A model generated the notes under the pieces. That model was not told the origin of the DNA and did no database searches. It saw only the letters and a list, made by a program, of their open reading frames with translations. Below, piece after piece: positions 38,095-48,039 of a stretch of 57,336 nucleotides of DNA. How positions within the stretch are numbered: position 1 is the stretch's first letter; each line of letters begins with the position of its first letter. The position numbers were made by a program, and so were the translations under genes. Origin of the DNA: Methanobacteriota archaeon (lineage in GTDB: Archaea; Thermoplasmatota; Poseidoniia; Poseidoniales; Thalassarchaeaceae); contig NZWD01000040.1 in NCBI GenBank assembly GCA_002698225.1, positions 1 to 57,336 on the forward strand. Reading direction: 5' to 3'.

Positions 38095-39204
38095 GAGTAA
38101 ACTCTCCAGAGCAACGAACAGCATCTCGACTTCCTCCTCGGAGTTGTCGATGTGAGGCGACACTCGTAGGAGTCCGGCTCTGCTGGTGACTAAAATCGAG
38201 TGTTCGTCCTGAAGTCTGCAAGCAATGTCCTCACTGCTTACTCCCTCTGGCATTCTCAGGCTGACTATGGCGCTTCTCTCATCTTCTGACAATGGGGAGA
38301 CGATGCTGAGTCCAAGCCTGTTTGCGCCCTCGATTACCTTGTCCGCTAGGCCGAGATCATGTGCCCATACTTTCTCCGGTCCAATTTCGCATATCTCATC
38401 CACCGCTGCAGCCAGCCCCAGCACGGCTCCAAAGTGTATGGTAGTATACTCGAAGCGGCTGGCGTCTTCTGGTAGAGTCAACCTATCGGCCTGTAGATCC
38501 CAGATATTGTCATGACTCCTGAAACCCAAGAGACCTGGATAGAGATGCGACCGGACAGCCGGAGAGATGTACCCTACTGCTGCCCCATAGGTTCCACGCA
38601 GCCACTTGTAACCAGATGAGACAATCGCGTCGGCCCCAGTGTTGGCTGCTTCTATTGGTACCATTCCCAACGACTGCGTAGCGTCTACCACTAGTAGCGC
38701 CCCCACAGAGTGTGCAGCTTTGGCAAATCGGCTCAGGTCATACCTCTGACCACTGGAGTACTCTATGTGAGACAGTGTTACTACTGAGGTTCTGTCGTCG
38801 ATTAGAGAGATGATATCTTCGGGGTCGGTGTAGAGTTCAGAGTTGTGGTCTGCCAACCTAACCTCAGCCCCGTTAGCATCTGCGACCCTTGACCAAGGAT
38901 ATACCGTCGAGGGGAATGAGGCCCTCGTGGATACGATATTGCTACCGCTCTCCGGGGAGACGGCCCAAGCAATCGAGCAGAGTAACTCGGTCGCACTGGA
39001 GCCTACACAGATATCCTCAAGTTCGCAAGAAAGTAGTCTGGCTGCGGCCCTTCTCAGAGGCATCATGCCATTCTTCTCGGCTTCACCATCGAATTCCGCA
39101 GCGCCCCCTCTAGCCAGAGCGTTCGACCATTCCATCGAGGCCCTATGTGCCACAGGAGAGGTGGTCGCTACATTAGCAAAAGACAGATTGATCCAATCAG
39201 GCAA
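38089..39204 (-). CDS. Class V PLP-dependent aminotransferase/lyase
   Basis: FPSTVYPW, VVDATQSLG, SSGYKWLRG (PLP Lys), ASRFE, LRVSPH; TTG start. Confidence 0.85.
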   Translation of the reverse strand: MPDWINLSFANVATTSPVAHRASMEWSNALARGGAAEFDGEAEKNGMMPLRRAAARLLSCELEDICVGSSATELLCSIAWAVSPESGSNIVSTRASFPSTVYPWSRVADANGAEVRLADHNSELYTDPEDIISLIDDRTSVVTLSHIEYSSGQRYDLSRFAKAAHSVGALLVVDATQSLGMVPIEAANTGADAIVSSGYKWLRGTYGAAVGYISPAVRSHLYPGLLGFRSHDNIWDLQADRLTLPEDASRFEYTTIHFGAVLGLAAAVDEICEIGPEKVWAHDLGLADKVIEGANRLGLSIVSPLSEDERSAIVSLRMPEGVSSEDIACRLQDEHSILVTSRAGLLRVSPHIDNSEEEVEMLFVALESLLS

Positions 39205-39245
39205 GCAATCCCCGAGAGACGCTAGGGACTAATGCTCTTCAAGGC

Positions 39246-39521
39246 TCAGGAGTCCCTGACCTCGTTCAGAAGTGTCTCTAAAACCGTCTGGACTTGTAGG
39301 CACATTGGCCCAAAGTGGATGGGCAGATTGGAGTCGTTGAATATATCGTCGAGGATAGAAGCAGTCATCCCTAGGCGTAGATCCATGTCCTTGTCCTTGT
39401 TGAGAAGCCACTGATCTACCGCTTCCTTGGATGAGATTCTGATGTTGCGTGGTACCTGAGCATCGTCGAACTGCCCAATAACTTGGGCAATCTGCTCTAT
39501 CTTGGTTTCGACATCAGACAC
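39246..39521 (-). CDS. UPF0147-family protein
   Basis: DAQVPRNIR...ILDDIFNDSNLPIH...LET. Confidence 0.8.
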   Translation of the reverse strand: MSDVETKIEQIAQVIGQFDDAQVPRNIRISSKEAVDQWLLNKDKDMDLRLGMTASILDDIFNDSNLPIHFGPMCLQVQTVLETLLNEVRDS

Positions 39522-39587
39522 TAGTAACCCTCCGGCCCGCCGACCTGAGGGGACTCCTTAAGCGCATCCCCGGAATAAACAGAAGTG

Positions 39588-40379
39588 TCAGCCCAACCAA
39601 GCAGCCCAAGGCATGTCGGTGTTGGATGTACCAACGCCCTCGCCTTCTGCTCCAAGGCCAATCAGGCCCACAGATACTCCTGTCTCGATGAGTTCTGTTA
39701 TGCCCCATTCCATTGATGCTTGCAGATCCGAAGATGACCTGAGAAATCTGTCATGCGCCCTGTAACTCAGTAAGGATGTGGTAATGGCCTCGCCCACTCC
39801 TGTGGCTGCTACTGCAGCCCTCTCATCGGCCCAGAAGCCAGAGCCAGGGAGAGGTACATCGCCAACCCTTCCAGCAGGTCTGTGGCTAGTTCCTCCCGTA
39901 CTTGTGGCACATGCTAGCAGTCCTTGCGAGTCTCGTGCAATTACACCCACTGTATCTCCTTCATCTCCACGCGGAGGTCTGCCCTCGACGCTGGCCTTGG
40001 GGTGGCCTTTCTCATCAGCCCAGAGTCTCGCACCTTTTCCTGCAAGGCCATTGATGTCCTCGTCCAGAAGATCTCTTGCTATCCGGATGGGATTGGGCGT
40101 ATCCTCCATACCAATCACAAAGCCGATTCTTCCATCCGAAGTCTGGATTGAAGCATCAAGAGATACTGAACCATCATTCCTGAATACGCCACCAGTTCCA
40201 GCATTGAAGACCGGGTCGTTCTCAAGAGCCACGCAGGCCTCAACAGCAGCTTCGATAGCTGAGCCTCCAGACTCAAGAATCGTCGATGCTATGTCCAGGG
40301 CGAGTTCGACATTATACTGCCTATCAGGGCCCGGTCCTGCTCCACCATGCGCCACTGCTGCAGGTACTGACATCTCCAC
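39588..40379 (-). CDS. Isoaspartyl peptidase / L-asparaginase (class 2, Ntn hydrolase)
   Basis: HGGAG, LENDPVFNAGTG, GD-TVG cleavage site, ATSTGG, GRVGDVP, ATGVGE. Confidence 0.92.
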   Translation of the reverse strand: MEMSVPAAVAHGGAGPGPDRQYNVELALDIASTILESGGSAIEAAVEACVALENDPVFNAGTGGVFRNDGSVSLDASIQTSDGRIGFVIGMEDTPNPIRIARDLLDEDINGLAGKGARLWADEKGHPKASVEGRPPRGDEGDTVGVIARDSQGLLACATSTGGTSHRPAGRVGDVPLPGSGFWADERAAVAATGVGEAITTSLLSYRAHDRFLRSSSDLQASMEWGITELIETGVSVGLIGLGAEGEGVGTSNTDMPWAAWLG

Positions 40380-40387
40380 ACCTCGTA

Positions 40388-41716
40388 CTATGTCGCATCC
40401 GAGGCATTACCCTGACTCAGCCTCAACCGCATTTGCATCAGGGTGGCTAGGATGAAAATTATTCCTGCCACTCGAAACGCTGTGTGATAGGTCCACAGAC
40501 CGTCTCGTTGAACTGTCAGAGACCAGATGTATGCTGCCGTTAGAGGGCCAAATATCCTAGCAAGTGCCCCATATCCCTCTTGGGCGCCCATCACAGTACC
40601 TAACTCGTAGCCTCTAGACTTGGTCTCAAAGGTTAGCACCGAGGACTGAGTCGGTGAGAACAATCCATTACCTATCGCCAGTCCCGCAGAAGAGGCAAAA
40701 ATCAACCAACTTGCCTCATTCGGGACATATGGTATGCTGGCGATTCCAAATCCACAAAGAAGAGTCCCGACCAGCATCAGTCTCGTCATATTGAAGCGCT
40801 GTGTCAATGGTCCGATTAACACGCCTTGCACGAGTGCTCCCAAAAGTCCGATGAAGGCAAATATCCAGCCGTTGTCAAGCTCGCTCCAGCCCAGTCCCCC
40901 TCCCTCAATATCCATCGAAGTGAACAGGATGAATGTGCCGTGCATCATGCTGAATCCCATCAGGAATAGGAAGTTTATCGAAACCAATGACGAGATTGTG
41001 GGGAGTTTCATGACTCCGGCGATCTTTCTGAACATCCCTCCAAGCTCGTTGAAGACTGAGCCTTCGGAGAATCTGCGATCTTCTTCTGGCAGACTCTCGG
41101 GCAGTCGGGTTACTGCTAGAGCGAGGCTGATTAGCGAGAGTGCACTGGAGAATAGGCATGGGAGCAGGTATGGGTGGTCGATCCATATCTGCCCGTCGAA
41201 TGGAGCCCCTATCCCAGTAGCTGGGTCGGATAGGACTCCTCCAATGAAGGGTCCAATCATGAAGCCTAGGCCAAATGCAGCACCAATCATCCCCATCCTC
41301 TTTGCGACATCTTCGGGCTCGGAAATATCTCCAATATAGGCACGGGCGACTGCTATGTTCCCGTTACCCGCACCCGCGAGGAAACGGGCGGCTACGGCCA
41401 TAGTCAGGCTACCAGATAGTCCGAACACAGTGAAGAAGACAGTGTTGGATAGCAAACCGAACATCAGAATCGGCCTGCGGCCCATTCTGTCACTCAATGA
41501 GCCTAGAATCGGTGTGAAGATGAATTGGGCGAGCGAATAAACGGAGATGACGATGCCAACCCAAAGATCCCTGCTTCCAATGTCGACTATCCCATCTGCG
41601 GTAGCTAAGTCCTGAACGAAGTAAGTTAGGAACGGGATTACGATGGTGAATCCAATCATGTCAACGAGGACAACTAGGAACAGTATCCCCAACGGTGATT
41701 TGCCTTCATCGGACAT
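40388..41716 (-). CDS. MFS transporter (DHA1/TetA-like)
   Basis: VDMIGFTIVIP, GSLSDRMGRRP, ARFLAGAG, GAAFGLGFMIGP; about 12 TMs. Confidence 0.92.
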   Translation of the reverse strand: MSDEGKSPLGILFLVVLVDMIGFTIVIPFLTYFVQDLATADGIVDIGSRDLWVGIVISVYSLAQFIFTPILGSLSDRMGRRPILMFGLLSNTVFFTVFGLSGSLTMAVAARFLAGAGNGNIAVARAYIGDISEPEDVAKRMGMIGAAFGLGFMIGPFIGGVLSDPATGIGAPFDGQIWIDHPYLLPCLFSSALSLISLALAVTRLPESLPEEDRRFSEGSVFNELGGMFRKIAGVMKLPTISSLVSINFLFLMGFSMMHGTFILFTSMDIEGGGLGWSELDNGWIFAFIGLLGALVQGVLIGPLTQRFNMTRLMLVGTLLCGFGIASIPYVPNEASWLIFASSAGLAIGNGLFSPTQSSVLTFETKSRGYELGTVMGAQEGYGALARIFGPLTAAYIWSLTVQRDGLWTYHTAFRVAGIIFILATLMQMRLRLSQGNASDAT

Positions 41717-41766
41717 CCTATCCCTTAGGTTGCGAGAGAGAGGGGGACTTGAGCATTGACGAAGTA

Positions 41767-43818
41767 TTAGGCCGAAGGCTGAGTATCAGTTCCCTTGGAG
41801 ATAGTGTCGATTACCTTGGCGAGGCGTTCTACTAGGGTGACCTTTTCCTCGGCTCCCACGAGAGCATGTTGCAGAACCTCGTCAAGCGAATCAACCGGCA
41901 GGACCTCAACTTGCTTCTCCCACTTCTCGTCCATCAGGACATCCTGCATGTTGGCCCGAGGAATCACGACTCTCCCTATGCCGGACTTGGCAGCGGCTTC
42001 GATCTTGGCCGTTACTCCACCGACAGGGAGTATCTCACCCCTTACGGACAAAGATCCAGTCATAGCCAGATTCTGCTCGATAGGTACTCCTTCGAAAGCG
42101 CTGATTATCGCAGTAGCCATCGTAATCGATGCACTGTCACCGTCTACATTGTGAGTTCCTGGGAACTGTACATGTAAATCGTAGTCCTTGATGTCCTTGC
42201 CAGTCAGCTTCTTGACGACTGCACTGATGTTGGTTACGCTCTCGTTGGCTAGGTCGGACAGGCCACCAGTCGCAATCACTCTGCCAGACATGCCTTGGGC
42301 AGGGGTGACCATTGCCTCAACCGGCAGTACCACACCTGAGTAGTCTGAGAGTCCGCTGTCCGCGCCAAGCACAGCCAACCCGTTGACTCTACCTACACGG
42401 ATACCGCTGTTGACCAGCATCGCATACTCGGCCTGCCTGTCTAGATAGCGGTCAGCAACCTGCTGCTCGAGTGGCTTAGCGATCATCCTAGCCCTAGTGA
42501 CATGTTCTGAGCTTGTCAGTTCCGCGCCATCTTCGGCCGCAAGGTCTCCAGCGATCCTCACGAGGCCACCGAGCTCACGAAGACGCAAGGATAGTTTTCC
42601 TCTGCGGCCGGCTCGTCTCTGAGCCTCCTTCAGGATAAGTGCTATCGAACCCTTGTTGAAATGCGGGATTGCCTTGCCTGAACTCTTGTTCAACTCGTTT
42701 CTGACCTCTTGAGCGATGAATCTGATTAGTCTGCGTCGATTTCGCTCGGTATCGGGCATATCGGTGTTGACATAGACCTCATATCCATAGCCGCGAATCC
42801 TGCTGCGCAAGGCTGGGTGCATGTTCTGAATGCTGTCGAGGTTGCCCGCTGCGATTAGAATGAAGTCGGTAGGCACAGGCTCCGACTTGGTCAGAGCGCC
42901 AGAAGAGCGTTCTGAGCGGCCGCTGATTGGGAGTTCCCTCTCCTGCATGGCCACCAGCAGAGCCTGTTGCTCCTCCATCCTGAGCATGCGAATCTCGTCA
43001 ATATACAGGACTCCCTTGTTTGCCCTGTGTACTGCTCCAGGCTCGACTCTCTCATGTGCTGGAGTCGCTAGATCCGCACCTGACTGGAACGGGTCATGTC
43101 TCACATCACCCAGTAGTGCTCCGGCCAGAGTACCAGTTGCATCGATGAATGGAGGTTCGTCTTCTCTCTCATGCTTAATCAGCAATTTCGGAATGTTGGC
43201 GTCCTCTCCTGCAGTCAGCCTAGTCCTGAGGAAGAAGTAGCCAAAGACAAGAATGAATGAGCCGAAGATGAATGTGAGAATCTCTCCGCTGGAGATGGTA
43301 GCGAGAAGTAGGGCCGCACCAATCACTAGAGCGATGAACAGTAGCGTCCTGTTGGTCCTCTCCTTCTGTACCCTAATCTGTGCCTTGCGCTCTGATATAA
43401 TCCTAGAGCCGCGGCCAGCGGGGACAGTTCTGACTCTTGGCTCGTTCTCATCTTCCTGGTTTCTGAACACGAGAATGTCCTCTAGTTGCTCCCTAGGGAG
43501 GAACTCGGTCATCGACCTAGAGAGCATCGATTTTCCAGTTCCCGGCTCTCCAACCATGATTACATGGCGGCGTTGCTCGGCTGCCTTCCTGACCACAATC
43601 GATGCTGCTTCCTGACCAATCACTTGGTCGACCAGCTTTTCAGGTATTGGGACTTCTTCGGTCGAGGAAATCTGCACTCCATCAATCCATTCTTCAACAG
43701 GAGTTTCGCAGATTGGATCCTTGTCCTCGGACGCTCCAAAAGCGGGCCCGTCCTCCCATGAATCGAGCGCATCTGACTGCTCATTCGCTTCGTCCTGAGA
43801 CTGGTTTGATTCACCCAT
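41767..43818 (-). CDS. lonB: Archaeal membrane-bound ATP-dependent protease LonB
   Basis: QVIGQE, GEPGTGKS, TM insertion, GDVRHDPFQSG, VDGDSAS (Ser), GGVTAKIEAA (Lys); start at ATG 43818. Confidence 0.96.
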   Translation of the reverse strand: MGESNQSQDEANEQSDALDSWEDGPAFGASEDKDPICETPVEEWIDGVQISSTEEVPIPEKLVDQVIGQEAASIVVRKAAEQRRHVIMVGEPGTGKSMLSRSMTEFLPREQLEDILVFRNQEDENEPRVRTVPAGRGSRIISERKAQIRVQKERTNRTLLFIALVIGAALLLATISSGEILTFIFGSFILVFGYFFLRTRLTAGEDANIPKLLIKHEREDEPPFIDATGTLAGALLGDVRHDPFQSGADLATPAHERVEPGAVHRANKGVLYIDEIRMLRMEEQQALLVAMQERELPISGRSERSSGALTKSEPVPTDFILIAAGNLDSIQNMHPALRSRIRGYGYEVYVNTDMPDTERNRRRLIRFIAQEVRNELNKSSGKAIPHFNKGSIALILKEAQRRAGRRGKLSLRLRELGGLVRIAGDLAAEDGAELTSSEHVTRARMIAKPLEQQVADRYLDRQAEYAMLVNSGIRVGRVNGLAVLGADSGLSDYSGVVLPVEAMVTPAQGMSGRVIATGGLSDLANESVTNISAVVKKLTGKDIKDYDLHVQFPGTHNVDGDSASITMATAIISAFEGVPIEQNLAMTGSLSVRGEILPVGGVTAKIEAAAKSGIGRVVIPRANMQDVLMDEKWEKQVEVLPVDSLDEVLQHALVGAEEKVTLVERLAKVIDTISKGTDTQPSA

Positions 43819-43896
43819 CTGCGCCCCCCCGGGATACTTCCTGACTCTCGCACCTTCTTGAAGGTGCGTTAAGAGGGACAATGCAACTAGGCTGAC

Positions 43897-46800
43897 TTAT
43901 TCACGTCGGCGGAGGTATTCCTCACCGTAGTAGTGCCACTGTTCCATGGTCCAACCCGGGGGTAATCCTTCTGGAGGCAGGGGAGGTACCATCGGAGGTG
44001 GAGGAGGTACTGAATCAGGGGCGGAAACAGGTTCTGGATAGGGAGTTGGTCCAGAGTCTGCTATGGCTGAATAGTCGATGGCAGATTCCGACTCAAATCG
44101 CTGGCGGCGAAGAGTGATGGCTAGAGCCAGTACTAGGGCTGCAGAAAGCAAGATTCCAATCAATAGAAGTCCTGTTGAGAACCACTTGCTGATTCCGTTG
44201 CTCGGAGTGGAATCCTCGCCTTCCTCGGGTTCGGGCTCCGTGACCTCGACTGGTTCTGTGGCAAACATCTTGAGTTGAATCTCAGTCAGTCTGTCGAACC
44301 CATCACTGTCTTCAGCTGAAACAGACAGAGTCACATAGTCTCCTATTCCAAGTCCGTTCCCGCTTGATGGATTCACTATGAAGGGACCCATATTATGAGA
44401 GATTCCGGAGGAGTGGCAAATGCCAGTAATCGAGTTGCAAACTGACCAAGTGACCCTAATGTCACTGAGTTCAAGTGGACCGACATTCTCTACTATCACC
44501 GTTGGATTGGTCCCATAGTCAATAGTGTCAAACGAAGCCACTAAATCAGAGTCCCACAGCAGAGGCAGATTATCTACAACTGTGACGGTAATCATGTACG
44601 CATTGGCATCACCATGGCGATCCTCGAGAGTGATTGTTACGGCCTCTATGCCTGCCTCTGACCATTCCATAGTTAGTATTCCAGTAATCGGATTATATTG
44701 AGCGGCACCGGGCACAAAGGTGGTCGCAGTTGCCCAAATCTCCTCTTCGGGGTCATCGATATCGGTTATTCTGTCTAACAACTCAAGAGTAACTCTCTCG
44801 CCCATCTCGACTGTGAACTCCTCGATCCCATCCATGTTCATGCGAGGTGCATCGTTGACATTTAGCACATGGAAGACAATAGTAGTATCAGAGGTCTTGG
44901 ATCCGTCGCTCGCTCTGATTCCTAGTTCGACCAATCCGTTTGAGTCATCATCAAGCGAGCTGACAGTTAGCGAGTGCCCAGAGATACTGGCCTCGACCAA
45001 AGATTCATCGGAATTGGAAATCAACTCCAGCGACAGTCCCGAGGTTGGAATTGGATTTCCGTTGTCATCTGTATCAGATAGGAAGCCAGTGAGGCTGATG
45101 CTTGCTGAGCCGCCCTCATCGAACGATTGCGACGGAATGGGCGCCCATCTTGGAGCTCCATTCTCTATTACATTAAACATCATCATTCCGGAATTAGTAT
45201 CATCGCCATCGTCAATTGTAACGAAAACAGCCTGTGGAATAGGATTGCCCTGACTGTCCCTGACTACTTCCTGGAAGTTTACTACCAGTTCCAAAGTTGA
45301 GGCGTCCCATTCGATGAACTCAGGTGAGTTACTGTCAATCATCAGCATAGACAGCGGCGTCTCTGCGTCATGTACAAGGCCGATTGCTGAAACTCTCTCT
45401 TCGGTCTCGACCTTTACTGTAGGCATGCCGGCATACTGCGAGCTATCGCCGTTGAGAACTACAGGGAGTCCGTTGCGCAGCACAAATGCCTCCTCTGCCA
45501 AAAGCCAGTCTCCCTGTTGCCCTCCAGAATCTGTCCATCTGATTCTGAGATCGTATGTTCCGATATCAGCGTTAAGAGGAGCGTCGATGGTGTGCAGGAA
45601 GCGAGCATTTCCTCCACTACCGACGAGGTCTGAGGAGGAAATCCATGCATCGTCCCAAAAGCCAGTTCCTGATATTGCATAGTGCATAGTTGGAGTCATG
45701 GTTGTCATATCGTCGACCAAGTCATTTGATAGAGCGGTGCTCTCGAACTGAATGGTATCGCCCCTGTCTATCGACACTGAAGCAACTGCGGAAGGCTGAT
45801 TCGCTACAGGTGCCATGTCATGTAAGGCATTGACATCGGCATAGTTGTTGGATGCAACCCTGTCCCCAGTCAGCCCGGATAGTCTGGACCTGAATGTTGT
45901 CGTACCTGATGCATAAGTGTCTATGTGAGATGTATCAAATTGGACCGTCAGGGATTGAGTGGAGCCGGGCTGAATAGATTGTATCGATGCCCCTCCAATG
46001 TATGATTCGTCCAATCCGACCAACTCGTAAATTGAGATCTCGCCACCATCGCTGTAAGCGTCCACGCCGTTATTGGTGACTTCCACTGTGATATCGAGAA
46101 GATTACCGGGGACGAATCCGAGATTACCGTTCTGATTGTCAGCCGAAAGATCAGCGACTCCGAGGTCCGTTAGAGGCACCATGCCCAGATCTGCCGCCGA
46201 CAGGAAACTGTTGTACGAAGAATGGGGGCCATCCATCAGGGCGATGACTGGCCAGAAGTTCTCGAACTGAGTATATCCTCCTGCAGCTCTAACTGTACTG
46301 AGGGGGACAGTCCAACTATTCTCAACAGGAGTGTTTGGCGTCAGAGTAAGTTGTTCGAATCCATTTCCGTTGCTGTTTAGAAGCCATTGCCTCCAGTTGT
46401 GATGAGGCCTGACTCCGTTGTCATATGCATCCCCTCCGACCTTCTCGGTTACAGCTGCGTACAGATATGCAGTGACTGAAGATGATGAGCCAAGATAGGT
46501 TGACTCTACAGTTACGGTGACTTGATTCGTTGCACTGTCCAATGCCACAGACAGATCTAGAGAGTAGTCACCTACATCTGAACTCATGCATCCTCCGGAA
46601 GAGTAGTCAGCATCGTAGTAGTTGGTTCCAGCCGCCCCGACCTTGTAGCAAGACCCTGTCTGAGTGTCTGCGAAAGAGAAGGTCGGGTAGCCGCCCGAGG
46701 ATGACATTACATGACTCCTGCGATTTATTGGGGCATCCGAGGGCCATCCTCCCGAAGAAGACTCGAATATGGAAACAAAAGTGAAGTCCTCAGGATTAGA

Positions 46801-47046
46801 AGACTTCAGATTATCGAGTGAGGGAGAGGCACTATTCATGCATGGACCACACCAGTGCGCTCCAACATACTCCCCGAACACCGGATGGCCCGGACTAGTG
46901 GCATACAGGGGCATCTCTCTCTGATCCAATTGCTCCCTATCGGGCATTTTGTCATCTACTGCGAGGAATGCGGTGAAGGACAGCATCACCACTAGTGTCG
47001 CTAGGGTCGTGGAACGAAGTAAATCGCTGAATTTACCGTAATCCAT
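43897..47046 (-). CDS. Large cell-surface protein: thioredoxin/Omp28-like domain, CARDB- and cadherin-like Ig repeats, TM anchor, Pro/Trp-rich tail
   Basis: N-terminal hydrophobic signal, AHWCGPC, DLGVADL..VEVTNNG..SNN, DEGG..DTDD..VLNVNDAP repeats, TM, PPLPPEGLPPGWTMEQWHYYG. Confidence 0.75.
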   Translation of the reverse strand: MDYGKFSDLLRSTTLATLVVMLSFTAFLAVDDKMPDREQLDQREMPLYATSPGHPVFGEYVGAHWCGPCMNSASPSLDNLKSSNPEDFTFVSIFESSSGGWPSDAPINRRSHVMSSSGGYPTFSFADTQTGSCYKVGAAGTNYYDADYSSGGCMSSDVGDYSLDLSVALDSATNQVTVTVESTYLGSSSSVTAYLYAAVTEKVGGDAYDNGVRPHHNWRQWLLNSNGNGFEQLTLTPNTPVENSWTVPLSTVRAAGGYTQFENFWPVIALMDGPHSSYNSFLSAADLGMVPLTDLGVADLSADNQNGNLGFVPGNLLDITVEVTNNGVDAYSDGGEISIYELVGLDESYIGGASIQSIQPGSTQSLTVQFDTSHIDTYASGTTTFRSRLSGLTGDRVASNNYADVNALHDMAPVANQPSAVASVSIDRGDTIQFESTALSNDLVDDMTTMTPTMHYAISGTGFWDDAWISSSDLVGSGGNARFLHTIDAPLNADIGTYDLRIRWTDSGGQQGDWLLAEEAFVLRNGLPVVLNGDSSQYAGMPTVKVETEERVSAIGLVHDAETPLSMLMIDSNSPEFIEWDASTLELVVNFQEVVRDSQGNPIPQAVFVTIDDGDDTNSGMMMFNVIENGAPRWAPIPSQSFDEGGSASISLTGFLSDTDDNGNPIPTSGLSLELISNSDESLVEASISGHSLTVSSLDDDSNGLVELGIRASDGSKTSDTTIVFHVLNVNDAPRMNMDGIEEFTVEMGERVTLELLDRITDIDDPEEEIWATATTFVPGAAQYNPITGILTMEWSEAGIEAVTITLEDRHGDANAYMITVTVVDNLPLLWDSDLVASFDTIDYGTNPTVIVENVGPLELSDIRVTWSVCNSITGICHSSGISHNMGPFIVNPSSGNGLGIGDYVTLSVSAEDSDGFDRLTEIQLKMFATEPVEVTEPEPEEGEDSTPSNGISKWFSTGLLLIGILLSAALVLALAITLRRQRFESESAIDYSAIADSGPTPYPEPVSAPDSVPPPPPMVPPLPPEGLPPGWTMEQWHYYGEEYLRRRE

Positions 47047-47156
47047 CAGTTTGCGCCTAAGTGGGGGCTGTATAACCGTGTTGGGTTAATGTTTGGACAA
47101 TGTGCGGCTCTTTAGAGAGCCGAAGGTATTGATTACCTCCAATTGGACCAACTAGC

Positions 47157-47969
47157 ATGGATGGAGGCGCCGAGACAGAGTGGGTCGCTCTCCGGGAAGA
47201 TGATGGTAGAGCGTATCTGTTGCACAGAGTATCTGGCGAGGTCAAAGTCAAGGGACTGGGCCGATTTGATGCTAAGCAACTGCTCAGCGGCTACGGATTC
47301 GGAGACAGAATCACGGTCGGCCAGAAGTCTCTTACTGTCGTCGATCCAGCGCTTCCGGAAGCGCGTAGAAACATGGCTCGAAGGGCCCAAGTTATAGGAG
47401 CTAAAGATGCCGGTTTCCTGATTTCTTGGATGGGCATTGGAGTAGGCTCTAGAGTCCTGGAAGGAGGGCACGGTTCTGCAGGTCTAGCAATGCACCTAGC
47501 AAATGTCCTAGGTTCCTCTGGGACTCTTATTTCTGTTGAGGCGAGGCCTGAGCATGCAGTAGTTGGCAGGGCGAACATGGAGCGTCTAGCTGAGGTTATC
47601 CCAGAGTTCCCCAATTGGCACTTGATAGATGGTGATCTCGGTGAGGTTGGGAATAATGTCAGAGAGATTTGCGGCTCACTCGATGCTGCAATAATCGATG
47701 TGGCCGAACCTTGGCGCATCGTGCCAGCAATAGAGCCGCTGTTGCGTGCAGGTGGCAGGGTAGCTTGCTACTGCCCAACAACAATCCAGTTGGAGCGATC
47801 TTGGGAGTCGGCCCAGCGTCAGGGCTTGGTTGTCGAGTGGGCCGGTGAGATGATCGAGCGTAAGTGGGTCAAGGCGAGCAAAGGAGGAGTCAGGCCGGGC
47901 AATCAGCCCATGGGCCATACAGCCTTCATTCTGATTGCGGCGAAAATCGCCCCTCACGAAGAAGAGTGA
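47157..47969 (+). CDS. trmI: tRNA (adenine-N1)-methyltransferase TrmI/GCD14
   Basis: MARRAQVIGAKD, VLEGGHGSAGL, IIDVAEPW, YCPTTIQ, RPGNQPMGHTAF. Confidence 0.88.
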   Translation: MDGGAETEWVALREDDGRAYLLHRVSGEVKVKGLGRFDAKQLLSGYGFGDRITVGQKSLTVVDPALPEARRNMARRAQVIGAKDAGFLISWMGIGVGSRVLEGGHGSAGLAMHLANVLGSSGTLISVEARPEHAVVGRANMERLAEVIPEFPNWHLIDGDLGEVGNNVREICGSLDAAIIDVAEPWRIVPAIEPLLRAGGRVACYCPTTIQLERSWESAQRQGLVVEWAGEMIERKWVKASKGGVRPGNQPMGHTAFILIAAKIAPHEEE

Positions 47970-48039
47970 GGCGGTACTTCTGAGTTGGATTGGCAACTTC
48001 AAAAGCAGAGTCTCTGATGTGGGTTGGACCTACAGAGTA

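Noticed and set aside
39778..40455. 225-aa antisense ORF over the asparaginase gene
   Set aside because: Shadow frame of a well-supported gene; Ser/Pro/Ala-rich with no motifs.
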